Positions 25,650-39,712 of a DNA stretch of 64,000 bases are shown here, one piece after another. Position 1 is the first letter of the stretch, and each line of letters begins with the position of its first letter. Source of the stretch: Camelus ferus (lineage: Eukaryota); contig NC_045697.1 in the NCBI RefSeq assembly GCF_009834535.1, positions 67,706,001 to 67,770,000 of the forward strand. The letters run 5' to 3'. Made by a program: the position numbers and the translations under genes. Under the pieces are notes generated by a model. It made no database searches. It saw nothing but the letters and a program-made list of their open reading frames with translations, and was not told the origin of the DNA.

Positions 25650-25850
25650 TTATTCAGCAAACATTGGTTATCTAACATGAGCCAAACGGTGAGCTGAGTG
25701 CTAAGGGTACAATGGTTAGGAAGATAGAAATGATTCTCATCCATACAGAATGTATAGTTCATTTGGGAAAACAGACATTAAATAACCATAGAAATATTTA
25801 ATCATAAGTGATTATAACGCTCTGAAGGAAAATTAAGAGTATGATTAAAG
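25650..25850 (-). mobile_element. L2 3' fragment
   Basis: ttattcagcaaaca...gtgctaagggtacaatgg...gggaaaacagacattaaataa. Confidence 0.6.
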
Positions 25851-25969
25851 GTGATTTCAGATATTTTTGATTTATATCATAAGTCAAGTGGGTGTTTGCA
25901 TTTCTCTCAATGGTAGATATGAATTTCTAGATTAAATTATCATTTGTATATACAGGTTATCTTTCATAA

Positions 25970-26170
25970 TAGTAATGTTCAAGAGTATGAGCTTTGAAGA
26001 ATATATTTTGGTTAAAATTCTGGCTCAGCTAATTATTACCTAGTTACTTTTACCTGATCCTGTTTTTCTGTAGAAAAAATAATTGCCACTATATAAGGCT
26101 GTAAAAATTAGAATTAGCATATGTAAAGGTCCACAGATAGAATTTCTTATATTAATTAATAATAAAAACC
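25970..26170 (+). mobile_element. Decayed MIR
   Basis: gttcaagagtatgagctttgaag...aattctggctc...atatgtaaag. Confidence 0.5.
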
Positions 26171-29100
26171 ATCATCACCACCATGGAATTTCAAGATATC
26201 ACAGACTATGATTCAGAAAACACATCTTTTAACTTGTATCAGTTAAAATAATTACAAGCTAATAACAGATTGTTGACAATGTTAGCTTTTAAAATTGGTA
26301 TTTAATGAAACATGGTCTCTCCTACTCCATCCCCAACCCCTACAGTTAAAAACTGTGATAAACAGAAGAAGTGCACCTCTAAATACCAGTTGTATTTCTG
26401 GAAGTGCTGGAATGGAGAACATGACTAGAATCTAAAGCCAAATTAGTTCCCAAGCATTATCTGCACCCCACCCCCCTTGTCTAGACCTTGGGGTGATTCA
26501 TCTGAGGGAAAGTTTGGGTCTGCAAAGTAGGTAAACACTACCTAAACAGGAATGAGAGTAATCATTCTCTCTTATCTCTGAAGCCTGACAGGAGGAGCCC
26601 AGCGAGCAAGTGGCTGCAGATCTGCCTCTTAGATGTTAGCCTGACCAAGCTCTGCTCATCAGGTAGAAGCAGACACAACATAGCAGAGGCACCAACTGTC
26701 CAGGGGTCATGCTGCTCTTAAAGGACAGAGTGAGACTGAGATACTGTGTCCAGTTTCACTCCCCAAGTCAGAAATATCACCATGCTACACATCTCCCAAG
26801 AGACATGATGACAGGCAAATAGAGTTGTGGCAAAGTTCCATCAAGTGCAGCAATAATGAGGGCAACTGAGACCAGGGATAAGTGGAATTACCTGGGCAGA
26901 AAGGCGAATACGAGAGAGGACACCAAGGACAGACTTTATCCACTTTACCCTTGGGCCTAACACCACCCTTCACTGTGTTACTCTGAAATCAGTTGGCTTA
27001 CCACCTCTGGCTAATGACCTGTTCATCTCCAGTCTACGTCAAGGGCTTGCTTTTCTTATTAAGCACATTCACACCATGTTCCACTCGACCTATGAGGTTA
27101 TGTCTATTTGTAAAATCATTCCCTAGGACTGTGATAGATTTATGTCATGCATTTGAAAAATTTGGAAGATTGTTTTCTTACTACAAAGATTTCAGAAATA
27201 AATAAATCATAATTAATGACAATTCTACACTTCTAGTTTAGTATTTTGATCTCTTGACATCTATGTATAGGAAGACAGCTCTCAATGAGCACAGAAACTA
27301 TTCATTTGTATTTTATTTGAATATTCACATATTCAAATAGATACCTTTGCTCTTATTTAATTGGAAATAGACATGCTTAGGGGAGGCAAATTGAGTAAAA
27401 AGAGAGAAAGAGAAAGTGTGCGTGTGAAAGGAAGATAGATATCAAATAGGTACATTAGTTATGGATAGAACTGTTGCATGACAGACATTAGAAAAGTAGA
27501 AAGTATTGCTTTTAAATCTTTTTTTTCAGGATGAGCAACCTGTGACCCAGAGAAAAGCAGTAGCATAGATCCTGGAAAACCGCACCCTCAGTCCTGAGCC
27601 TAATCCTTGTGATCACACACATTCCCACCTGTCCGTCACCCACCGTGTCCCACTATTCCTGTCCCAGGGCTTGAGTCCACCTTGCTTAGAATTCCTCCTT
27701 TAAATTAGGGCATGGAAATACCCTGTGAGAATCCAAATGCTGAAATGCAAATAATGCTCCAGAATGATTTTATCAAATTATGTACCTATATTCTCTGAGG
27801 AATGAATTTAGGAGAGAGTGGGTCTCAAGTACATCCCAGTGGTGATAAGAGGGATGGACAGACTCAGGCACAAGGGTCATTTCAGCTTCTGTCCTGGAAT
27901 GAAAGGTCTGAGAACCACTGAGCTGTATGTGGTTATGGAGAGGATATGAAGAAATCCAAATACTTAACGATTTCATTATAAAACCAGGCACACTCAGATT
28001 TAACGCTTAATCTTTAGAGTCTGAACTGTGCAATCTTGATCCTGTAGTTTACCACGTATATCTAGCCTTTCCAACTAGCTTAGCAAGTGCACCTGGAGTA
28101 AGAGCTGGTGCCTGTAAATGTACTTGTTCTCTTCAAAGACTTCAGAACTTAAGGAAGAAAGGAAAGACCTGTTTTCTTTAATAACTTCATATTTCTGTTT
28201 TATGATATAATCCCTGAGTCAAGGAAGTACCAGCTTGAGCTAAGAATAAAAGAAAAAAGCTCTGGAGACCATATCCAAAGTCTTCACCTGCATCATGTAG
28301 ACTTCATGTCCCACCTTGCTGTTATTTCTTGCTTTCCACGCTACTTAAGTATTTAATCTAAATTTTATCTTTACAAATATGAGAGTGGAAGAAAAGAAAA
28401 GCACAATACAACCTTCATTATGGCATTCTGCAGTGTGAACAGCCTCCATGAAATCTATTTTTGTTTTTGCAATTCACAAAGAAGTTAGCCTGCACTTCTG
28501 ACTAGGGGCCTTTGAGGCCTCAGGGATTGTTGACTGTCTTCCTTTTAACTGGACTAATTTGAAGCAGGCTGCTAGCATTGTCAAACCCTTTTCTACCAGA
28601 GGGTAGTATGTGTGTGTTAGTGTGTTAATTCCAACTGTATGGTTTTGACATATCAAGGCAACAGAATCCTTCACCATAAACCTTTGCTTTATTTTACCTC
28701 AATGAATAGCTGTTTCTCCCATGTGGGCAACAATTTCCTTTTCCCACCCCATCTCCCAAGAAGCCAGCTGATTTAATCAGGCTCCTCTGGTCTGTCTGGC
28801 CTTGGTGAGCCCCACAACCAGCAAAGGAACTAAACATCGCTAGGGTGAGTAGGATATAATCTATAATAGGGGCTCCCTTCATTATGAAACATCTCCTACT
28901 CAGCATTTATATTAATGCATAATTAAACAGCTGTCTCTTTAAAGCCTTTACTTATATCAAAGCTGTATCTCCAGAACACCTCATTTTCCCCGAGAGAGAG
29001 TGAGAGAGTCCCTACAGTATTCGCTTTTTAATGTAACTATTAAAAATGCAACACAGGAATTGAAAATGTGGCTAAATCGTTTAGTAACCTCTTTTGACAT

Positions 29101-29969
29101 TTTCATTACATCTCCTATTACTAGAATCAAAATGAGAATAAGATTATTTCAGAAGTTTAAAAGAAACCCTCCATGGCAGTCTAGGCATTGTGACATGCAG
29201 TGTAGAATTTCGTATCATTTAATTTATTGTATTTAAAAAAAAAACAGGAATAGAATACAGGCAACTTGGCATTTCTCTTCCCTGTAAGACCTCTCTCTTG
29301 AGTTTATTCAGGAACAGGCTTCTCACCAGTAGCTATGTGAGCTGAGTACCCTCTGCTGAGGGTGTTATAGACAGGATTCAAGCATGAAGTGAGAGGCTAG
29401 ACTTATTACATTAAGGCCCCTTTTAATTCTAATATTCTATGATTTACCTGCGGTTACACAACTAGCAGGCAGCATTTTAGAGGGAGTTTCCCTCTTTGAT
29501 CTGTCCTTTGGAAGCAGATGAATAACGGAACGAGTGTAAAGCAAGAACTTTTAAAACGTTCTGCCTCATCTACCACCAGGCAGACGCTGCAAGAGGGGCA
29601 CTGTTGTGGCCATGAGCCTCTAGCATTAGTGGCCAACAGCCAAACAGCAACTGTTCACAGAACTTGTATTCTGCGCCAGACACGTGTTTTATTTGCATTA
29701 TCTAAATTAAATCTCACAATAATCTGAGAGTTTTAATACTATTAGTATCCCTTTTGACAAAAGCAAAAGGCTTACTCAGTCCTCTTTCTTGCTAAGGCCA
29801 GGGGCCGATGTAAAGGCTGTCGGGCTGGTGGGGGGTGTGCAGTGTAAGCCAAAGAACTGACTTCTCTATGGCGCCTGTGTGGAGGAGAAGCGGGTTACAC
29901 CCTCTTGCTCTGTGGGCACGGGCAGGGGCCAGCAGTCTGTGTTCAGCTGATGAGGCATTCTGTCATTTC

Positions 29970-30090
29970 TACTTTCATTCATTCACTTACTCATCCATTC
30001 ACCAATATTTATTCAGTGTCTTTCAAGTGTTAAGCCTTGTGCTGGTTGATAGAGACAACCGAAAGGATAAGACAGGCATGGACTGTGCCT
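29970..30090 (-). mobile_element. L2 3' tail
   Basis: ttcattcattcacttactcatccattcaccaatatttattcagtg. Confidence 0.7.
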
Positions 30091-30249
30091 GGTCAAGGCT
30101 AAGAAGCAAATGCGAGGCTGAGATCTAGCCTGGATTAATGGTGGGGAGTTGGGGTGCTGTGAGGAGGGAGCGGCTTTGGAAAGCCTAGTCGGGGACCATC
30201 TCATAATAAATATTACATTTTTTGTCAGGAACTTCTAGGAGTGATTTAT

Positions 30250-30760
30250 CAAATAACTTGACGTCAGAAACACAGTCCTTGATACTGTGGGGAAAATCGA
30301 ATCCTCTTACGATGTGACTCCACGGCCTTGCCCAAATCATCTGGCTGAGGCTCAGCTTTCGCCAGACATCACGGTTGCTTAGGGAGTGGCTGAGAAGATA
30401 CCTTTAGCCCACTGGGCTACTTCTCTTCTCCATGTGTCAGTTTTGTAATGAAGCTGTCAGCCAAGGTGATTTATCTTTGTATCATGTGGTCTTTTAAGAA
30501 TTTCTTTCTTGGATAATTGAATGTCACTCATCCAGGGAAGCTCCTACTTCCTGAATTAGGATGTCAGGGGATGCGTGGCAATCACGAGCCGCACGGCCAC
30601 ATATGGCAGGGCACCATATATTACCGGAGTGGCTCTGCGTGGCTGATTATCTCACGGGGAGAAGCGGAGCAGCCTACCAGCTGGAGACCCCAGAGGACTG
30701 CAGCGTGTGCAGAAAACTCCTCTACTTCACTAACTGTAAATGCGAAATTATAAAGGTAAA
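30250..30760 (+). promoter_or_regulatory. Candidate promoter and first exon
   Basis: Locally CpG-enriched; full CRE TGACGTCA 30259-30266; CATATG 30600-30605; TATATTA 30617-30623; ATG at 30740; donor-like AAG|GTAAAT at 30755/30756. Confidence 0.3.
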
Positions 30761-30979
30761 TGTCAAGGCCTGCCTGACGAGTTACTTTTGCATTATCCAC
30801 GCTGCCTTGACATGCCTTCACCTCAACGGACGACAGATGGAACTCTGAAAGGAAAAAAGACCCTGCATTTGTATCACTGCACTGAAGACTCCTGTCTTCT
30901 TGCTATACTTTGGTGTGTTCCGATATTTGAAGCACTCTTGCTATATTAACTTTAGGTGATGCACTTAAATCAGCATTTT

Positions 30980-31115
30980 ATTTACTGGAAAAGGTCTGGA
31001 AGGAGAGTGAGTTAACAGTGATGTCTCTGGATGGTGGGATGATGATGGATTTTAATGTTCTTTTTTTGTTTATCTGTAGTTTTAACTTTTTATAAATATA
31101 TATGAGTTACTTTTG
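30980..31115 (+). mobile_element. Old L1 (L1ME-like) 3' end
   Basis: gttaacagtgatgtctctggatggtgggat...ttttaatgttc...ttacttttg. Confidence 0.55.
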
Positions 31116-32369
31116 GAACAAACAGGATTAGTTCAAATGTTTTAAGATTTAATATTTGTGATCCAATAAACTGAGAAAAAAAAAGTATGTTATCAAAATA
31201 AGATAAATAACCAGTATCACAAATTCCCAAATGTTGGGATCAATAGTCTAACTATGGAATATGATATTGAGTAATATTAACTAGTTACATTTTTCATATG
31301 TCTTTAGACCATAAGTTAGAAAAAGTGGAATGCTGTATTAAAAGTAGCAGAAACTGATTTTTTAAAAACCTTACAGTTCTAAGAAATGCATTTTCTCCCC
31401 GTTTTGGTATTTCCTTTTGTAAAATACCTCTCGGCTTATTAACATATTCAAGTTTTTTTTTTCTTTTTCAAGGAATAAATTTGGTATGCAAGTTCTGGGG
31501 TGTCTATTCATTAACATCCCCCTGCTGTTCACATTTTATTAATGAAACAACCCATCACCCCCCTACCAGCAGACACTTAATTCCTTCCCAGAATCCATCT
31601 GCTTTTTATGGGCTTCAGAAGCCAAATTCCTTTGCAAAATCAGCTCTTAACAAAGCCTTAATTCCACAGGTCAGTTAAATACCAGAATATTGTTAGCTGT
31701 TTCCCAATATCAGAAGCTCTGACAGTGTGTTTTTGCTGTGATTATTACTCACATGATTGGGGGATGGGTGATTAAGGGACCCAGGGGGCTCCTTGTAAAA
31801 TTTGCCAGTCAAGTTTTCAATACAGATTCAGCAAGTCTGACTGCTTTCATCTATTTTCTGTCCTTCCTTCTTTCTCTCTTTTCTTCCTCCCTCCTTCCCT
31901 TTCTCCCTTCATTTCCTTTTCCCCTCTTTTCCTTCCTTCCTCTTAGTGATAAACACAACAAACATCTTATTGGCCCATTTATAATTTACTTGAATTAATA
32001 TCACCAGTTCTTATCAATCAAAGTTAATGCAAGGAATTAAGGAGGAACACTTATAGAGAAATAACACTACATGAAATGGAGTGTTGCTGTGTTATTACTT
32101 TTAAGAATCTAGGATTCTGAGAAAATTTAAACCTGTACTGAGATGAAGTTCAAATACATTTTAAACTTGTAAAGTCCTTGGTGTTGTGTTATATATACAT
32201 ACATATGTATCAGCATTTTCAAAATGTGTTAATATCAAAGTAGTATAAACACAGTTTAGCTTCTGCTCCCTCATTGTTTTTCCTACATTTTTATGTGTGA
32301 CACATTACATTTACTATCTAGCAAATGAAAAAACAAACAAAAAACACTAAAATATCAATCTAACTTAGT

Positions 32370-33700
32370 CCTGGAACCATTTTTCTCTCTCCACAGTTAC
32401 TGCTTTGGTTACTTCATCTAGTCTCATGGCTTTAGATACTAACTGTACGTGAATCCACCCCAAATTTATGTCTCCAACATGGAACTCCTCTCTGAACTCC
32501 AGACTCATAAATATAATTGCCAGATTGACATCTCCATTTAGATGCCAAATACACATCAAATTTAACATGTACAAAGCTGTCTCCATCCGTATCTTCTACT
32601 ACAGCCCTGCCTTCTCAATTAATGGTAACTTTATCTTTCTGGTTATTCAGGACAATATTCTTGATGTCATCCTGGTTTTCTGTCTTGTTTTTACATCCCA
32701 TACCTAATCACCAAAAAATTCTGTTGGCCAGACTCAAAATATATCAAGAATCTAGTTACTCTTCATTACCTCCAACGTTTTTATCTGATTCAAGGTACAA
32801 TAATTTTTCACCACCATTATTGCAAAACTTTGGACTGGGTTCCCCACTGGTAGTCCTGTCTTCCTGCTGTTTATGATCTATTCTCAACAGAATAGCCACA
32901 GTTATCCTCTTAAAGCAGACTCAACATGTCCTTTCTGTGCAAATCTCTCTCCTGGTTCCATGTCTCCCACAGGGTAGAAGTAAAATGTGTATGTGATCTA
33001 GTGCCCCACTGCCTCTCAGACCTCACTCCTATTACCCTTCCTTTGTCTTACATCAGCCATGCTGGACTCCACACTGTTTTCAATTTAGGCCCATCTCTTA
33101 TCTATGCCTAAAATACATTTCCTTCAAATATCTCCATGGCTTGCTCTGACCTTCTTCGTGTCTTTGTTCAAAGAAGAGAGGCAGAAAAGGCATGAAGGCA
33201 AAGAGTGTGGAGCTGAGAGCCAGGCTACCTGTGCTTCAGGCGTGGCTCTGCCACTTTCCAGTTTTGTGGACCTTGGGCAAGTGGTTAACCTTTCTGTCCC
33301 TTTGTTTCATTTTCTATACTATGGGGCTAATAATAGTGCCTCCTTCATTGACTTGTCATGAGGGAAAAATGAGTTACTATTTGAAAAGCACTTAGCCTGA
33401 AAAACAGTGTTAAGCAAGTGTTTGCGTAAACAATTCAAAATGTCATTTTCTTAATGGGTTTTCCCTGACCTTCTATGGAAAATTTTCAGCCATCTCTCAC
33501 TCACCATTCTACAACTCTCTTTCCTTTTGTTTCTCTCCTCTTTTGTACTTACTTCTAATAATTTACTTATTTACTTTCTTTAATACCTGCAGCTCTTAAT
33601 AGGCTGTAAGTGCCACAAAAACAGTGATATTTTACTGTTAATTAACTAAACCGGTGTCTGGAATACAGTAGATACTCAATAACTGTTTGTTGAAAAAAAT
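32370..33700 (+). mobile_element. L2 3' region interrupted by a MIR
   Basis: tctagtctcatggctttagatac...ctctctgaactccagactc...; terminal gtctggaatacagtagatactcaataactgtttgttgaa. Confidence 0.85.
33175..33430 (+). mobile_element. MIR nested in L2
   Basis: ggctctgccactttccagttttgtggaccttgggcaagtggttaacctttctgtccctttgtttc. Confidence 0.85.
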
Positions 33701-34809
33701 ATGAAATTAGTGATAATGCTATATTTAAATGAAACTTGAAAATCATTTAAAACCCTTAGACGCATGAATCCTGCTTAGGAATCTTAAACACTTTGGATCC
33801 TGAGAGTCCTTTAGGATACAACATGGTGTTATGTGAAATACAGCCACTTATATTGTTTGGGCTTTTATCCTATAAGAACAGGGTCATTGGCTCTCTCTCC
33901 AGAGTGACATTTTGGGTGATGTCACCTTAACTATGAAATCCTGCTTGAGATAAATTGGCAATATAACTTGTAGGCAGAGAAGTCAGATTAATGCTATTTG
34001 GCTGCATTCTAAATGTCATTGTTTTTATTTCAAAAGGCCAGGAAATAACATTTTAAATATTTGTAGCACCATTATTCAGCATCAATGCATTCAACAAAAA
34101 AGGCAGAATCTGAGATATCTCTGTTCGATTTTCATTATTTTAGAAAGAGAGGCTTTATAGAGATGAAATACTTCTTGGCGCATAGTAGGCATTCGTTTAA
34201 AATAGCTAGTGAAAGGACACATGTTGATTAAATCTTGCGACTTTACAAAAGCCCACTCTTCCCCACAAAAGAAAGGGAGATCAACATGATTCTTCAGCAT
34301 TGTGAGGGTAAGATAAATAAATAAAGTTTAAATACTGTAAATATATAAATACATATATAATTATTATTACCTTTTCATGTCTCCCTGAAGATGGATTAAT
34401 AATTACCAACACTTCAGATTATGAATAATTAATAATAAATTAGTAACATTAATTTTCTCTCTATCAAAACTCATGTAGATAATGAGCTTGATTCTAAATA
34501 ATGGAAGTAAGTTTTTCCTAAGTTTAATTTAATTTTCAATATTTTGTTGACATGGGTGGTGGGTTGGAAATGAAACATTTTGAATCCTTCAAGAAAGCAC
34601 ACTAGGAATTGGTAGCATCTCTTCTAGAAAAGTTTGTTTAATAAATATTTATATCTGATGTGTTTCAAAGAGCATCTCCTGAAGATGTTTTCTGGGGTAT
34701 AGCAAGCACGGGAACAGTGGTCCAAGAAATATGTAAGATTATATCATGACTTCTGGTAAAGAACTTGACAAACCATTGGACTCTTTTGCCCGGAAATAGC
34801 ATAAACTGA

Positions 34810-35460
34810 GACGTGTTTTATATGGTCATTGTGTGAAGACTGGGTTTCAGGGTGCAAGGGCAGAAGCAAGAAGAAGTTATAAATATGATCTTAAAACAAG
34901 GTGATGGTGTCTCGGATCAGAATTATAAAGTGGAAGAAAATGAGAAGATTCTAAATATTTATCAAAGGACTTGCTGATGACCTGAATGTTTTGAGTGAAG
35001 GAAAGGAAGAAATCAAGAATGACTTTGGGGATTTTAATTGAGTAACTGGATATGTGATCTGCCATTTACTGTGCTGGAGAAGACTAATGAAGAGACAGCC
35101 TGGAGACAGAGGGAGGAATCAGGACTTTATTTCCAGATACGCCCTATGTCAGCAGACTAGTATATATCAACATGGAGATATAAATTATGTAGTTAAATAA
35201 AAAGTCTGGAGTTTTGGAGAGCATTAGAGGACTTACAGAAATTCTTGTCTTGAGGACTTGGGTCATATTTAAAGCTATGACCTTGAATGGATCAGCCATG
35301 GAGGGGGTAGGGAGACAAAAGAGAAAAGCCCTGAGCTCTGCAATATTTAGCAATTGGAAGATAATGAAATCTTGGCCAGTATGCTATAAGAAAAGTTAGG
35401 AGGTGGAGATGACAACTGTATAAAGTAGTGTTAAGAAGCTGAGAAAGATGAAGATAGAGA
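34810..35460 (-). mobile_element. L2 internal fragment
   Basis: aggacttgctgatgacctgaatg...aaatcaagaatgact...ctgagtaactgg-like...tatttaaagctatga. Confidence 0.75.
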
Positions 35461-35972
35461 GGTGGGACAGTAGATCGCAGATGGAAGGTTTTTTAGTTCA
35501 AAATGACACACTGAGTAAATAATGTTGTACCTCTCATTCCTGATAATTGATATTATAGGAAAATAATTTTAAATGACATAAGTCTTCAAAAATCCAGGAA
35601 GAATGAAAGCACCATCAGTGGAGAAGAAAATTCAATTAAATTTTGGACATTTATTAGCTAATGAAAGCAGATTTGCTAATGATGCAGAATAGCAGAGCTA
35701 CAACCTGGATGAAATAAGGGGTCTATAGCAGGATAAAGAGATGGGTGGCCTGACAAGATGAGTGAAGAGAATTGGATATGACAGCACAGATGCGGTGGAG
35801 GGTGGGCAGAGAAGTAACGCAACAAATAAATGTACTAAGCGACATACTGAAGAGCAGATCACTCTACCTCCCTCCCTGATTCAAAATTTGGTAGACCTAA
35901 TGTTATTTTTACTTTTCCAAGATAGGAGCAAGGAAATGGAAGTATAAAGAGAGGGTGACATGGTGCACAAGA

Positions 35973-36131
35973 GCAGTGCTCCTCACGCTTCAAACCCATG
36001 AAAGCCACCTTTGTGCAAAATGCAGATTCTGATTCAGTAGGTCTGTTACGTAGCTGGAAATTCTGCATTTCTAATAGGATTCCAGGTGACGCTGATGCTA
36101 TGGTCCAAACCACGCCTTCTGAGTACCAAGG
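35973..36131 (+). mobile_element. MER5A hAT MITE
   Basis: atgcagattctgattcagtaggtctg...ttctgcatttctaat..ccaggtgacgctgatgct..gtccaaaccac. Confidence 0.85.
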
Positions 36132-36715
36132 TGCTAGAAGTTAGTGGTTAAAATAGAAATGTAAACCACATGTTTTTAAGTCAGCAATCCTGAAAAGAGT
36201 TTAAAAAAAAAGAGAGAAGGCACCCCAATGTTGAACCACTGCAGAACTTTGAACAGTGGGTGGGCACTTTGGAATTGCTTGATAAACTATTGAAAATAGC
36301 TGTGGGAATGTCAGAAGTAGAATAAGCCAATCAAAACAATGATTGGTGACATCATTTGTAGAGTCAGGAAGACATGGGAAAATGGTGCTCATCAGAAGAG
36401 CTTCAGTGTAAATGAAGCTCTCATTTCTTTTAAATAAAGGCTTTTTTTTTTTTCTGACATCACTTGGGAATGTTCTCAGGTATTTACCTTGAGTTACCAA
36501 CATTCTAATTACTTCTTCCAACTGGGATGTGGAAATAAATGTGCTTGTAATATATAGGAAATCTGTTAAAATGACTTTGGCTGGATGAATAGGTCATGTT
36601 TTTCAATGGTGGGAAAAAGTAAGGGCAATAACAATAAATTGTGGGACCACAAATTAGTAGAAATCTTTGAGCCCCTGAGCTATTTCTTACAGGTAATTTT
36701 AAAGTAAAAATGAAT

Positions 36716-36998
36716 AATTTTTCTTTGTTGAAGTAGAATTGATTGACAATGTTATGTTAGTTTCTGTGTACAGCATATTCGTTTAGTTATACATATATAT
36801 ATTCATATTCTTTATCATTATAGGTTATTACAAGATATTGACTATAGTTCCCTGTGCTAAACAGTAGGACTTTGTTATTTTATACACAGATGTAGAAAAC
36901 AAATGTATGGTTATCAAGCTGGGAAGGGAGGGAGGAGTGATAAATCAAGTATTTGAGGTTTGTAGATACTAAACTACTATATATAAAATAAAATAAAA
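36716..36998. mobile_element. Short cetartiodactyl-type L1 3' end with 5' inversion
   Basis: 36716-36883 is the reverse complement of the L1 terminus (ttgaagtag..ttccctgtgct..agtaggac); 36884-36998 is the adjacent upstream 3' UTR in sense orientation. Confidence 0.8.
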
Positions 36999-39712
36999 TC
37001 TTATATTTACATTTTTAAGCATTTGAATGTCCCAGAGAATTTTACTGTATTTTCATACTTGATATGAGCAAGAAGAAAAACCAACTATTTCCATAATCAT
37101 ATATGTCAACGTGTTAATGGGTTACTCTCTAATAGAGTCTTAAGATTTCTGATTCCCAGGTAATTATTTTTAAAATTTTCTTTTAAATCTTATTTTAGTA
37201 CAGAATGTCAGAGAGCATTAGCTATGGGAAGAGAAACAGTATGAGCAAAGTTACTCCATTAGCCAAAGTGAATATGCAATTTGTTTTCTATATTTTTCAT
37301 TTCATGAGGGAAAGGGGAAGGTAGCATCCACAGGAAATAGCTAACTACTATTTTTCATAAATAAATGGAAACGAAAGTATTTTTCTATTTCCTATGAAAT
37401 TTAGAACAATGACCATATTAAAAGAATACCTTCAGCCTTTTACTTTATATTTTATTCAACAAATTTACATTTGGAAGTTAACTCATATTACTAAATGGGC
37501 ACTTTCTAATCTTCAATTGCTTATTTAATTATGAATTACATCTTGTGGACCTAGGTGAATGTTTAAAAAGAGTTTCTCTTTCCTAGAATAAAGTTGCTTA
37601 TATTAGCATATAAGCAAAATAATGACAATGTGTGACAAAAGCTATTCTGAATTAGTCATTTAATTGCTAGATTTATAAAATTGCCAAATGGGAATAAGCT
37701 GGTACCACTCAAAGATTTTCTCAAATAACTGAACCAAACAGAAGTTTCTCATCTTGATAAATGGACCCCAATGACCCACATTTAGGCATTCCCAGTATCT
37801 GTGGTTGCTGAAATTTCTTTCATCTGTTCTGGAATCTCTCATATATTCACTCCTGTGGACAAGGCCAAGCATTTATGAGAGGGCTGGCGCTGGAACCAGA
37901 GGGGAACTATCGGTCTGAACTGACAAAAAGTTAAGAAAAGCTCAGTTGAATTTGTGTATTTATTCTCCAAAGCCATGAAACAGCTTAATTTTAAATATCA
38001 AATAAATACCCTTACTTTATATTTCCTACACGCTTGAAGGCTGAAAATAGTGCTCCACGTCAGGGGTCTGCTTTCCATGTCACCCTGTCAAACAGTTGCT
38101 GCCTTCAGCTATAGCAGTGCTGCAGTCTTGGGAGCGCCATGTCCAAGTTTAATTGACTTCAAAGGATATCCACTCAATGAAATGAAACCCTGTGTTGGAA
38201 GGAGATTGTCCCAAGGCAAATCAATAAGGTCATTTTAGGGACTCTAAGTTTGAGAGGGAATCTCTTCTAGTAAATTCTCTCATATGCATCCAAAAGCTTT
38301 CCACTTTTTTTGTGAAAAGTCTAAGTTCACATTATTGCTTGCTTTCTCTGTGGAGCTAAAATTGAGGTGGATAATTTAAGGACATTGTTGGCTAACTTTA
38401 AATGAGAACCACTGAAATCCACTTTGATTGAAGTAAGAATTTCTTTAAAATGATTGATCCCAAAAATGTTTATGTTGTGATAAGAGCAATGTTTATGCTC
38501 AGTTAGTCTGCAGTAAGTCATTAAAAAATACTGATTTGTTTTTTCTCCCACAGTAGGCTATATTTTCCCAAGAAATACATCTCATATTAATATGACGTTT
38601 TCAATTTGCATCATGACAAAATCTCTTATGCCTGATAGCTGGTTCTGATGGATCTTTAAGTATTCATATAGTTGTATACAAATCAATGGCTCAAACTATT
38701 TGGATGCAAAAAGACTTATAAATTCATAAGTATAAGGTTAGTGATTTGGAGAACAGAACGTTCAGCAGTTGTTAGAGACTCATTAGGAGCAATAAAGTGC
38801 TAGCGCCGATCACCCTCTAAATACAGCCTATGTTAACATGTAGGAGATTTTGATTAACATGTGCTATCTCAACAAGAGATTTTATCATATGGTCATCATA
38901 TCTATTTATGAGACATTTAAGGAAAGAAAAACTTTAGTAATTCAGATGTCCTTGTGATTCCTCAAAGACAAATTCTTCTTCTGAGACAGCAGACTTCTTT
39001 AAAGGAGCACTACATTGCAATGTTCCTCACAATGAAAACAGCACTTTCTACTTCAGATGTAGTGTTTTGCCCTTGAAGCACAGGGCTGTCATAAAATAAT
39101 GACAATGACAAACTTGGCAGTGAGGATACCAGTTTACAGTATCACTGAGCTTCCCCTGCCTTGTTGTCATACTTGATTTCTTGAAACAAATGAATTACTG
39201 GTAAAAACATTATATTAAGCACATGACAATTGGTGTGCTCCCTGGTGACTTACAAAGCTCATAGGGTTTTGAATAATTTGACTGCTGGCTTTGTGAAGAA
39301 GCAATCCTCATTGCCAATGTTACTGGCTATCAGAAACACTTTTAGAAATAACATCAAATTTTGCTTTGGTTCTAAAAATAAGAAAGAATTCAGATAATTA
39401 CTGGATTTGAATGCTATATTTAAAATCATACCATATCTGAAGAGAAGAGTCATCTCTCTCCCCCCTCATCATACACATCATCACTGAAGTAGGACCATTC
39501 TCTTCTTATAAAGGAAGATGTGGTCTTTGTTTCATCCATTTGTTTCTCACACACAGACAGCCCTGCCCAGGGCATGAAGCTTCTAGGCTCAGCAGACTGA
39601 GTCCTCCGTTGCTCCATCCTTGTGAGCTCATACTTGCATGTGTCTGGTCAGTCCAGATGTCAGCTGTCTCCCTAACTGGGACAATGGCTGGTCTGTGCAC
39701 AGGCACAGAGAG

